A DNA stretch of 64,000 bases from Paecilomyces variotii (GCA_004022145.1 RCNU01000009.1), one strand, 5' to 3'. Numbered from the stretch's first letter, positions 51,553-63,388 are shown. Made by a program: numbers and translations. The notes: a model not told the origin generated them from the letters alone.

Positions 51553-52455
51553 TTATATTTGAAGCAATCCGATAGTCGGAGGTGGAGGTAGAGGAAAGAT
51601 ACGGTCACTCGGTCCCTTGTACAGGGCTTCTTCATCAGGATCGATTCGACGACTGCTTCACTTTTAGCACTATTTTTCACGATAACTGCACGAGACTTAC
51701 AACAGGAATTTCTGATTATTATAGATCGCTTGGCAGATTCTCTCTTTTTGCTCCATCTCAAGCTTAGAAATTGGATCCATGGCATGCAGAACCCTGGTAT
51801 TAAAGGCCTCCTCTTTAATGCACTGACTAATGTGTTCAAGTATTCGCGGGTAAAATCCTGCAGACGCCCAGTCTAATAGGCAAATACTATTGTCGTCTTT
51901 CCAAATAATATTCCTTGGCGCAATGTCTAAATGACAAAGCACTAGGTCGCAAGGTTGAAAAGTAACCTGGCCTTGGCCTTCAAAGAGTCGGCTATTAAAC
52001 CACTCTTCGATTTGCGAGACATTTGTGATGGTTAAATCATTCGTATCGGGCCAAAGGATGCCAGTAGAGGGACCGCCGCTTAAGCTACCAGGGAGATTTC
52101 TGGTAATAGAACGGAAATGCCGTAGAATGTTTGCGATTATCTCGACATGGTGTTCACTAACGGAATCGATCATTCTTCCTTCTATGTAGTCCATTAAGAT
52201 GTATCCCCAGCCCGAGTTGTCAGTGAAAAAACGGTGCACCCTGGGAACTTGAACAATACTAGAATCCACTAATTCTAGAGCTTTCATTTGGTTCATCGCC
52301 TCGTGGGAGGAGACACCAGGGCCGAACTTCACGACTAAATCATCGGATATTTTGATAACACGATTGCCATACTTTGAACCTCCTATAAACTGAGATTCAG
52401 GACAAGAACGGCAAAGATGTATCAATGTGGGATTTGAAAATTCATGGGAAGACAT
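51553..52455 (-). CDS. Aminoglycoside phosphotransferase (APH)/choline-kinase-like protein, 2 exons
   Basis: LVVKFG...EAMNQ...VPRVHRFF...YILMDYIEG...LCHLDIAPRNII...LLDWASAGFYP; a short intron after QKFL leads to terminal exon RRIDPDEEALYKG...LLQI*. Confidence 0.9.
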
Positions 52456-52810
52456 TGCTAGATTATACACAGAGAGAAAACAACAAAACGATCAATGATA
52501 CCATAGGGAAACTTGCAAGGTCGACCGACCAGTTAGGCGAGTGAGGTGGCATACTTAGTCATGTGACATGGATAAAATATAATCCGACTGATTTTCTTAT
52601 TACCAACAAGGGACTCTTTAGGATACGGTAACTTACTAGAGTCTAGGAGGCAGATAGCAAGAGATGTAAAGCAAATTTCTTAAAACTTTGCATGTTGAAA
52701 TGAAAAAGCAAAGCTCAGAGTCCCTAAATGCTGATCTCCGCTTGTGTTTGCAATATAAAAAGCCCGACGGGCGCAAACCTAGACTGCATCTCTCCCTAAT
52801 AGGTACCTAG

Positions 52811-53351
52811 CTAATAGAATTCACCTTCAACCCAATTTATCTGCAGAGGATCTTTCCCAGGGCGATAAAGATACTGAAGAAATCCCCAGAGGTTATTGGA
52901 AGTTCCTGAACCAATATATCCTTGGTCTTCAAGATCATATATAACAACACGACTATAGCGCCATCAGCAAAATCGCAAAATTAAAGGAGAATACTCACAC
53001 CCAGAATCGGCAGCCAGATCCTCCGCCGGAGAAGCAATATCGATGGCGATTACGATCGTAAATAGATCTAGCCACATGTAGAACTTGGATGGGTTGGACA
53101 GCTGGATAATCCCAGTAATGCAAGGCTGAATTTGTGAGCAGATATTGTAAATTGGACCATTCAAGTCGTCCCTCTATCTCCTCGTACTCTGTCGCCATAT
53201 TGACTCGCACAGAGCCCTCATCCTGAAGAAGGAGGTATATTGACCAGTGATTATCCGACTGGTCCAGAGCGTGTCCAGTATGTACGACGACCCTAATTTT
53301 CTCCACCACTCGGGTATCCTCTCGAGCTTGAGTTGCAGTTAGAGGTGCCAT
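52811..53351 (-). CDS. Fungal hypothetical protein with NHW...GCRFWV motifs (putative permuted papain-like fold), 2 exons
   Basis: MAPLTAT...SDNHWSIYLLL...SVRVNM...YCFSGGGSGCRFWV|RVVIYDLEDQGYI...WVEGEFY*; GT-AG intron in frame. Confidence 0.82.
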
Positions 53352-53649
53352 TTTTTAGATATTTGACCAAGAGAAAAGGGAATGAAGAATGGAACGTCCT
53401 CATTTATTCCGTGAAGCCTTATGTCTGTGAAGTCCAGGATTGCTATATAGATAGTGCCTGAGACAATATAGATTACCCCTCATTCTAGTGTCAAACATAT
53501 CTATCACATGACACAATAGCAAGAAATTAGTAAATTAGTGTCCTAATTATTTCTCCATGTGAAGTAATGATCTTAAGAAACTCCTGTCTATAACAGTTTT
53601 GATAATAATGTAAATGCAATAAATTTTAATAGCGATAACATTATTAACC

Positions 53650-54760
53650 TATGTGAGAATAGAGACTGGTTTTCACCCCTACCGGCATGCATATTGATCA
53701 GGGATATGTGTTCTATATAAATATGGAAAGCTTAGAAATAAATAAAACGATAAAAGAAGCGAGAGGGCGGGAAAGATCAGAAATAACAATGAAATCTTTC
53801 TATTTTTCATAAAAGCATCTGGCGTCGGGTTGAGTCGAGACTCAAAAGTGTCTAAGACATTATCTGCAAGGGTGCGGAAACTATGGAGGCTATACAAAGG
53901 GTAAAGGGATCCGACAACGTATGCAACTCGACAAAATATATCATAATTCCTCGGGGTACGCAAAAGAATCAACAGAAATCCAAAGAATTTAGTTTCCTTT
54001 TCTTTGTTTTTTACTGAATAGGAGCATAAATCGTTAGATAGACCCTGTGACAATAATGCTCCCATTTCAACCTACCCAACGTCTTCATTTAACTTTACAT
54101 TGTGGTGGCATCGCTATCGCTGTTTTATGGCTCTATGTCTCCTACCTACAGCTTTATACTAAGCATGGTCTAAAGTTTATAATAACGTACGTGTATTTAA
54201 GCTCTTTATCAGTTTTCTGTTAAGGCTAGAATGAATCGACTTTCTTATCAACAATATAATATCTGTCTACATTCAGGACAGAGGTAAAAATCTCCTATTC
54301 TTCTGAGGTAATTGAAAGAAACGAACTTCTAATCTGATAAGTAACGTTAGCCGCATCTTTATACCCGTTCTTAGACAAAACGTCTCATCCCCGTCCCTGA
54401 TTCTTCTAGCTTCCAAACGAAGAGCTATCTAAAACAGTTTCAGGTGGCTAATAAGTGGCTACACGCTAACAATATCATCTTTTAAGACCTGCTAGATTAC
54501 CAGAAGTCTCTAGATAGCCTATAATATGCTTTATAATCCTTCAAATAGGAATCAATCGGAGGAAACAGTGAGAAACAGTTGTTAAAATTGAAATATCTTT
54601 GTTATTACGTTGGTCGTGGTTCTTGAAAGAAAAAATAGCTTGCGTCTCAGCGCACATTCGCTTGTTAAGATCTCCTTTACTGGCAGTATTCAACCAAATC
54701 TAGAGTAAAGCTCGCTGAGCTTGAATTTTCTAGCAACTAGCCCAGCTTCTTTATCTCTGT
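53650..54760 (-). pseudogene. AT/TpA-rich decayed sequence, possible RIP-mutated gene or transposon relic
   Basis: One minus frame reads as long protein-like runs broken by TAG/TAA/TGA; a 128 aa ORF lies at 53679-54065; no recognisable family. Confidence 0.3.
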
Positions 54761-54770
54761 GGGTGAAGCT

Positions 54771-55087
54771 AGAAAGGCGTGGGAGAAACCCGACAGAAAG
54801 GCCTGCCTGTAGGCAGGCTCCGACTACAAATGACCCAAATAGTTATTCACAAAGAGAAGGACAAAGATCTTCTGAAGAGACAATAAGTGAATAGAGCCTT
54901 TGTTTGGCTTTCATAGAGATGAATATCGAGAAAGGCGTGGGAGAAACCCGACAGAAAGGCCTGCCTGTAGGCAGGCTCCGACAACAAATGACCCCAAGTA
55001 GTTATTCACAAAGAGAAGGACAAAGACTTTCTGAAGAGACAATAAGTGAATAGGTCCTTTGTCTGGCTTTCATAGAGGTGAATATCA
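54771..55087. repeat. Direct tandem duplication, 2 x ~158 bp, each copy with an internal hairpin
   Basis: Copy 1 is 54771-54928 and copy 2 is 54929-55087. Both start AGAAAGGCGTGGGAGAAACCCGACAG, differ at about 10 positions and contain GCCTGCCT-GT-AGGCAGGC. Confidence 0.95.
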
Positions 55088-55299
55088 AGATGTATTTATT
55101 ACCTGCTGTAGTTGTATCGCCAGATATTCAGCTCAAGACTCTTCTGGCTTTAGCTACAATCGTTGATATCTTCTTGAGTAAGTAGAAAGAGCTTAATGCG
55201 CATTCTACGTCCATTTGGTGCTTGACAGAGGCTGACAGAGGTATAGCATTGTGCTACCATTCTAATTCGACGAGACCGCCCTGCTGGGAATCAGCCAAG

Positions 55300-55862
55300 A
55301 TGACCGTAAGTATGCTCGGATATCACAATCTCAGACTAATACATATTGATCCAATCTGTTACAGTATTTCAACAGGCAAGTCATTCGCCAATATCTGGAT
55401 AATGTCAACCTGATGACCCGGGAGGATGCTGTGGATCAGCTGTGGATCAACATTTTGCGCTACTATTTCAACGATCTCGATTGCTTTGGGATCGAAGCCC
55501 AATCCAGGCCACACCAAGACTGGGACTATAGATCCAACGTAGTCGTTGCAAACGTGAGGAACTATATAATGGCAAAATTCCTTTTCGTCGAGAACAAGCG
55601 CAGCTCTCTCGAAGATGATCCGAGAATTTGGGATAGTACCCGCGACCAATTGGAAGACTATATGCTGGGGGCTCGAAACGATCAGGGCAACATACAAATC
55701 ATGTTCGGAATTGTGGGCATTGGGAATTTGGCTCGCTTTTACCAGCTCCCAATAAATGGCACAGCCCTCGTCCCTTATGGACCGGCTCGAGGTCTAAACA
55801 TTGAACACGACGCTAACACGATCGAACGCATACTTCAGCTTCTGGTGAGGGATTATCGTTAA
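55300..55862 (+). CDS. Small fungal PD-(D/E)xK nuclease-fold protein, 2 exons
   Basis: ATG ACC|intron 55306-55364|YFNRQVIRQY...EDAVDQLWINILRYYF...FGIEAQSRP...YRSNVVV...FLFVENKR...WDSTRDQLEDYM...MFGIVGIGNLARFY. The E-x-K and QL..Y motifs match restriction-endonuclease-like folds. Confidence 0.75.
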
Positions 55863-55903
55863 GTTATGATGGGGAAAACAAATGAATGATCGAGATATGG
55901 CTC

Positions 55904-58327
55904 CTAGCCTTCTATTGCGACTGATATGACTCCGAGACTAAGAATTTCATTCTCGTAATTCTGATATTCGTGCTTAGCTTTGAAACACTTAGCTTGTAGA
56001 AGAAGGGATTATCTTATTAATGCTTACCTGAACTGCATAAAATCCAACAACAGTTGTACCCGGCGCGGGGTCTAAACGCTCATATGATAGCGTCTGTAGT
56101 GTCTGTTCATATTGTTCTCCGTACTTCCTTGGGTCCTTCAAGGAAAGGGACCGCCCGCGATTCGTAGAAATCTATTATACAGGGCTCAGTTAGTATTCAA
56201 GGAGAGGCAAATCTTGTCCATGCGTATGGATAGAATTTCATATACCTTGTAACGAAGTGGTACACCCTGCTTAAAGCGATGATGAGGGTTTTGATCACTA
56301 GTAGGGACTTGGACAGCAACCTGAAGCGAATCAATCCTTTCTCCACCTGGTCCATCAATAAAAAACATAGACTCTTTTTCGATAAGATACTCATCGATAA
56401 AACCAGATGGATTATAACCAAGACGAAACGTGACACATGGAAGTTGTCCGTCCTGGTAAAAGAATTTCATCCGGTAGGAAAGCATATCAACGGATATTGC
56501 GGTCAAATACGCGAGTTCATGACCGTCAGAACCACCAAACAGAGTCCAGTATGCCGGCTGATATCCAGAAATTAATGGATCTTCTCCCATAAAGGACCCC
56601 TCATTCAAGCATAGATTTGGTGGAGGGATATGGGGATACCACAGGGCGTTCTGCCTGAAATCATCCTGTAGACTTTTTTTCTCGGCAATCGATACCCTTT
56701 TTCCTATCGCTATGCTGATCATTTTATATTGCTATTGGAAGTCGTCAGCTACATATGAGAGCGCAAGACATGATGGCAAGTCAGATTCAGGGGTAGGAGA
56801 AGATGAAGACAGGGTTAAACAGACTGACATCAAACGTAAACTCAAGCGCATCTATCTCCACATCTGATACCAGTCGACTGGTTATACAAGCCCTATCGCA
56901 CTGCAGGTGCCATCTTGGATCGAAATCTGTGGGGCTTCCCAGCCATTGCGAGGAGTTGGGAGTCGTTATAGGTTTCAGTGCGCGGATGCCTCCACTGCCT
57001 ACAGCAACTTCAAAGCCTCTTAAAGACCGAATAGCTAGCATAACATGCTCGCCTGGAAGTTTATATCCAACGCTTATCATTGAGTTATCCTCACGGATGA
57101 GATCCATACCTGTTATATACGTTCTGTCTCTCTCGTGCAGAATAGACGCCCTGATCCCTGTAAGGCATTGTGGGATAGAGATGGTTTGCTTATACGATGC
57201 CTCCAGGTAACGGTAGGTTTTGGAAACGATAGTTTCATCGTCAGGAAATATAGCTCCTTGTACCACCTTCCACTCCCAACGACGGGTTCGCTCTTCCTCA
57301 AAAGTCATAACTCTATGGTCTTCTGCGGTGGATTTCATAGTCGCGGTGGTTTTTAGCCACTGGTTCACATCCCAAATTTCCTTTCTAATTCTGAGTTGAT
57401 CGACGTGAACCGGGATCTTATCAGCGGCGCGGTAGAGAAGCCGCCAATCCACAGTCGGACAAGATTTTCTCTTTGTGGGATCAGTGAGTAAATAACCTAG
57501 AAAACCACAATCTTGGTTTACATAGAACCGAGTCTTCCAAAAAGTCTGACTTGCAAATATATCGAGCATTGCTCGCGAAGCAAGACGGAGGTTAAACATC
57601 TCCGCTGTTGATAAGTACGTTGCTATCTCCTCTCGGATCTCAAATGGAAGTATTCCCAGAGGGTCTGCCATGGTACTTTGGGTTCCATACAGACTATTAG
57701 CTACTCTTTGCTTTGGTTTCTGGATGACAGTTGTAGACTGCACGACGTCCTCGATGGTCGGAACGTCGCATGGATCAGGCTTTCTGCAATGAAAACGAGA
57801 TACATCTATCGAGATTCCTCAGCATTCATAGAGAATCTTAATATAGGCCAATCAAGGGAAGTCATCACGTACTACGCATCTTTAGGAGCACGGGACAAAC
57901 CTCAAAAAGCCGGTCCAGACGAAGTTCCCCTGGCCCAAAATGCTCCATCAGAAGGTTCCAACAAGCCTCATGGAATAGGAATGCGTTTTGTTCGATGTCA
58001 TCCGGTGTCGGCCATAGGTGGATGAATCCACCGTGACAGATGGTATCCCACCGCGCAGTTTCTTCGACAGGAAGTACGAAGCGTTTGCGATAGTTCTCGT
58101 TGAAAGCGATGCCGGAGAGTCGAATCCCGTCCGAGGCCACGTATACTATATATGTGCGGGTTAAAGACCGGTCTCGCCATATTTCAGAGGCAGCGGTACT
58201 GATTGAAGTATAGATGCCTTTTGGGTCACTTACTTGCTCGAAACGTCTGGACCCAAGCTGGTCTCCACCCAACACTGAGTCCACAGGATACACAGCATCT
58301 AATGGCTACTCCTGGCTGGATATCCAT
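55904..58327 (-). CDS. F-box domain protein (fungal DUF7600-like architecture), 6 exons
   Basis: MDIQPGVAIRCCVSCG...WVQTFRA|IYV...FLFHEACWNLL...; F-box DPLGILPFEIREEIATYLSTAEMFNLRLASR...QTFWKTRF; YITGM, LRGFEVAVGSGGIRAL, FFIDGPGGERI, ISTNRGR, VVGFY, SLGVIS. All junctions splice in frame. Confidence 0.88.
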
Positions 58328-59276
58328 CTCTGAGCAGAATGAAAAGAAGTATGAAGGAATACTAATATTTTATTGTGGCGATAACGACGATAACTAAATG
58401 TTATGCTGGACTATCCGCAGCTTGCTCCTGATAGTTAATACCTAGCTTTTCATTTTTCGTCGAGCGGCTATGCCAACAGATTATATCTGTTTGAAATTTC
58501 ACCCACCATCTTAGCTCTATCATAGTCATGATTGCGTCAAGTCCGGTTGATGATACATTAACCTGTCATCGCGAGATGACAGAACAGTATCACTCTATAC
58601 TCGCTTAATTTACAAAAGCATCAAGACACCCACCAAAGTAACCGAGTTGGAGGTTAAACTCCGTTGAGGGCATCGATCCCGAGGGAGGAGAGTCCGATAG
58701 TCACCTTGGGTCATATAAACCCGGTCCGGCGGATTATTCGCTCACTATCGTTTATTATCAACTGCTGCCTTTCTCCCATTTGCTGCTAAGCAAGATGTAT
58801 AACCGAGTGTTGTGTTGAGGTCTATGAGACGGGAATAAGGGGTTTCTTTAACTGCCCTTGTTGTTGACTGCGAAAACTCAGCTCTCAGAAGTTCGGTGCC
58901 TAGCGAGATATTATGTCGTCGTTCCAGATAAAGCGGACACCCCTGCCATCTCCATGATCCATTTTCCATTGGACTGTATCCGCAACGCAGAAGCTAACTT
59001 AATTTCCTTGTGGAAAGATTGCAAAAGCTAAGCCTCCGAGCCCAACACTCTCGGATCTTCAGTCGCACTCCGAAGAGCCTCTTCAATCTGAGTGTGAGGC
59101 GTTAGCACTTTAACACTGCAAGCTGTTAGGTAATTGTAAGGAATAATAGTTAAAATAATTATCTAGTGAATAGAGAAAGAAGCTTAGGCATAAGCTAATT
59201 GCTGTCTCTGACAGTCTGCATCACAGGAACGCGTCCACGGGGTCACACGCGCGGAGATTCCGCGGAGATTCCGATG

Positions 59277-59324
59277 ATCAGATAAGATAACCCACCAGAA
59301 GCGTGGGTCTCGGCGATCAGATAA
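59277..59324. promoter_or_regulatory. Two ATCAGATAA extended GATA sites (SreA-type ATCWGATAA consensus)
   Basis: ATCAGATAAG begins at 59277 and at 59316, about 420-460 bp upstream of the ATG at 59740. Confidence 0.6.
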
Positions 59325-59739
59325 GGAAATGATACATGTAAATCCGAGGGATCGAAGACCGCACGATCTTTTGACAACATTCATCTGTCCTTAAAAGGGT
59401 CGCATCTGACCTAGCTTCTGCTGAACGAGTCACTAAACGAATCATCTGAACATAAAAACCTATATTCGGCCGATTTGCACTGAAATCCGACAGATGACCG
59501 AGAGAGCTTGCGGTTGCATGGGTGTGATTCGGCCGCTTTCGGAGCTAGCAACGAGGATTAAATGCGAGATTGGATTCAGAATCACTGGGGCCTAAATAAT
59601 AACCGATATTCATTCATGTCAACTCTGTCTTCCACAACCAGGACACTTTCCCATAAATGAACCGCATCCATATCCGTTGGATCCAGTCTTGACTCCGCGA
59701 AGATTTTATTGATTCACTCATGCGAAGCAGCTACCAGCC

Positions 59740-61172
59740 ATGATTTCGCAAATCTTCCTCATAGCTAAGACTATCTGCGTGGCGTTCAGCACTTCCTTCA
59801 GCCGTCTGAACCTGTTTCTTTCCGCGCTCCGTCACCGCCTGACCTACCGTGCTGATCCTGATGCACAAAATATCGTGATTATCGGCGCCTCTTTTGCCGG
59901 TTACCAAGCTGCCAGGGATCTTGCAAATGCTGTCCCAACCGGCTATCGTGTTGTTATTATTGAAAAGAATTCCCATTTCCAATTCACATGGGTGTTCCCC
60001 CGGTTCTGCGTTGTGAGTGGTCACGAGCATAAGGCGTTGATACCTTACGGCCCGTACCTCACGGGAGCACCTAAGGGGTCATATGAATGGGTACGAGGTC
60101 GGGTTTGTAAAATCGAGGCACAAGAAAAAGGTGGTTCTATCGAACTTGCCTCGGGAGAGAAGATCAAATACGCATATTTGATTTTCGCAACAGGCGCGGA
60201 AGCTGGGGCTCCATCGCGACTGGGGAAAGAGAGTAAAGAAGATGCGATTCAGGTATTTAGGAATCAACAGGAACGGTTGAAGGCAGCGAAAGACGTTGTT
60301 GTCATTGGAGGTGGTGCCGCAGGAGTCGAGATCGCTGGAGACGCAAAGGCTACGTTCCCTGAGACGAACGTTACATTGGTCCATTCAAGACCCGTTCTAT
60401 TGAATACATTTGGTCCCAAGCTGCAGAAGCTTGCTGCTACTGAGCTAGGAAAACTTGGAGTTAATATTTTGCTCGAGGAGAGACTGCAGGAAATTGACGA
60501 TGCTACTGGTGATGTGGTCCTTAAGTCAGGCAAGAAGATCACCTGCGATTGCTTGGTATGTCATTCTTATCTTGCCATCTTTGCAGTTAAGATATACCGC
60601 AAAAGAGTACGAAGTAGGCGACTAATTTAGATATACAGATTAAATGTGTCGGCCAGAAGCCTTCTTCCAATCTTCTCACAGAGATCTCTCCTTCCTCGAT
60701 CTCACCATCAGGGCATATAAAAGTGCTCCCTACGCTCCAAATCGCAGACCCGACTTACAGAAATATCTTCGCTATTGGCGACGTAACAGATGCACCGATC
60801 AAGAATGGCCGATCCGCAGTGGAGCAAGGCCAGTTTGTGTCGAAGAACATCGTCCGTGCGATTAAGGGGCAAAAGCTCCAAGATTACCACGCCCAGTGGT
60901 GGGAAGGATTGACGGAGGTGACTCTAGGTTTGGTCAGTAACATACCTTCTTCTCGTATTTGCTTTTTCTCACTACACTTTATAAGATGTCTCCAGCTGAC
61001 CATGGCCGAAATATAAAAGAAGAAGAAAGTTGCTTATCTTAATGATGGCTCAACTGAAATGACCTTTTCAACTAGCACCAAGGATCCTGCACTTAGAAGT
61101 GCACAGTGCTGGCGTCTCTTTGGCGTGAAGCCATATGATGACCCCTCGGACACAGGAGCTAATGAGAACTGA
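59740..61172 (+). CDS. AMID/AIFM2(FSP1)-like FAD/NAD(P)H oxidoreductase, 3 exons
   Basis: NIVIIGASFAG (FAD), YLIFATG, VVVIGGGAAGVEIAGD (NAD), VTLVHSR and NIFAIGDV; last exon KKKVAYLNDG...ANEN*. Confidence 0.92.
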
Positions 61173-61353
61173 GATCGAAATCATAGATTTGGCTTTTTCT
61201 AGTGTACCTTATTTGATATTACATTGACTATATTCAACTCCCTGAGAACAACTGAACTATTGATCCGCTTGTCAAAACTGCTGGGTGTTAGCCACCAAGA
61301 AGACCACTATCGTTGTACAGCTTCAACACCAACACCTTGCGAAGGATACATGC

Positions 61354-63388
61354 TCAGAATTTCTCACTCGTGACGCATCTCGTAATATTTACCAGGAGCC
61401 AGGCGAGCATCTTTGCTGTCACAGTTAAGCCTTTGATAACGAGGCCCAGGCTCCAGAATAGGAACCGCAAAACTGCACGTGTTGGACCGGGCAACTTCTC
61501 TCCCTCTCTCGAGGAACCCTTGCCATATCGTCCATACTTCTCCAAGTCGATCTCATCAACGACGATCTGTTTCTTCTTTGATTTTGAACGACCCCAGAAT
61601 CTGGAAGAGCGGCGATCGTTGTCTTTCCCTTTTGTCTTAGTCGACTTGATTGGTGATACCGGATCTGTCTTGTCCCTGGCATCATCCCTCTCAGCAAGCG
61701 TGGTAAAAAATTTACCCGTATATCTAGTATCGCTGCTAGCTGATGACATTATGGAGCGTCTCTGAGGACGTTGATCCGATCCGTAGAGCTCCATATCAGC
61801 TAGCATGTGATTAGTAGCTTCGTCGGAGACAGCTACAGCAAGGATCGCTGCGACCAAGGAATCCACAGCATATAGGGACGGAATGGTGGCTGCTATCAAT
61901 CCAGCAGAAATGGACAGGGTCATTGTGCCAAAGTCAAGAGACGCCAAAGGGTCATCAACGTCTGTGAGAGGAAGAGTGGATGTTCGAGGCGAAGCAGCAA
62001 GATGGGCTGCTTCAACAGCACTGTCGGAGACTGGATTTGTAACCACGATTATTGGAGGCTGTCGCGTACCGCTACCATCTTCTGATGGTCTATAAACAGT
62101 AATATGAAGCGTTCCCGGATCCCTAGTTTGGACGGGAGACAGTGGGATCCCATCATGGCCGACAAGGGCTGCAATCTTTCGTTTTGCGAGAGCCGGATGA
62201 CGCAGTTCATACCGCTTCTGGTTATTATTCCATACCAATCGGCATGATTCATGAGCAACTGCTCGTCTAATGGCATCCGTTTCTACCTCAACAGCCTCCG
62301 TAGGTGCTAAACGGTTTTGTCTGCTGAGCTCTGCCGCCTGATCAACAGCAAGCATTGCTGCTAACCTTGAGAATATCAGCGTCAGGAGGCCATCGTTAGG
62401 TGGCTGGCGACGGTTTCGATCTTCCAAATTAAGCATCATGACGGGCACGCTCTTATTAGGCTTGCGAGGATACGTCCTCGTAATTGCTAATTCGTTTGTA
62501 GAGAACGTCTGCATTGCATAAAATGGCACGTGCGGGTCACCGAATGTAAATGTGGCTGGGTCAATCCTATGAAGCACGTCAGGTCCTGTTCTTCTGTAGT
62601 TCGGTGGTGTACTGAATCTTAACTCACCGTGTCACCCGAAGATTGAAGGTCCCAGCCCTATTTTGAGGCTTTTGCCCATTGGCAATTTCCCAGAGAACCT
62701 CAAGGTCTTCTGCGGAAGAGTAATGAATAGTCGCATTGTCAAGGGCATCATCGGGAAAGTTCATCACGCTTGCTGGCACAGTTTTTGGACCGAGGACAAA
62801 GTCAATCTCTGCGGGTTGCGATACCGCGAGTCTGTCTTGTCCCCGAGATGCATTAACCGGTTCGATATCCACCGGATAGTAATTTTGCTCGGATAGAGGC
62901 AAATCGGGATTGTAGCGTGGAAATATGGATCTTATCGGAACAAAAGGAGATTCTGGAGACCTCGAATCCGATTGAGGTGAGGTTGTCCTGTGCTGAGAAA
63001 CCCCAACACTGCCCGCGACCAATGTGGTGGAGCTTGACTTTGCAGTATACGACTCCGGCGATGTCTTCTTTTCAGAATGGCTCTTCGGACCTCCAAAGCC
63101 ACGATCGGGTTCAGCGGGCTTAGATGGTAGCGATGGCTCAGGTGCTTTAGCAGGAGACGTCGACGACTTCAGATGAACCCTCTGCGGTGGCTGTATAGAA
63201 TTCGTTTCCTCTATTATTCGAAGAAGTACAGCTTCTGTATCCTTTGATGCTTTGATTTCCTCTGAAGAAACAGGACTGTGAGGCTTTTCTTCTTCCTTTC
63301 GTCTTCGACTGGCCCTGAGGAAGGGATCGGTACCGCTCCTCTTTGGTGAAGAAGGAGGAAACAGTTGAAACTGTGCCGCTGGAGACAT
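61354..63388 (-). CDS. Fungal hypothetical protein, 2 exons
   Basis: MSPAAQFQLFPP...PIRSIFPRYNPDLPLSEQNYYP...LWEIANGQ...LRVTR|IDPATFTFGD...IFSRLAAMLA...YAVDSLVAAILAVA...TSEKF*; intron ~62568-62627 is in frame. Confidence 0.87.

Noticed and set aside
57790..57875. Apparent frameshift or pseudogenisation of the F-box gene
   Set aside because: A GTACGT...GCTGAG...TAG intron restores the frame (KMR-N-VSRFHCRKPDPCDVP).
58563..58582. Hairpin CTGTCATC-GCGA-GATGACAG as a Helitron end
   Set aside because: No CTRR terminus at the expected distance on either strand.
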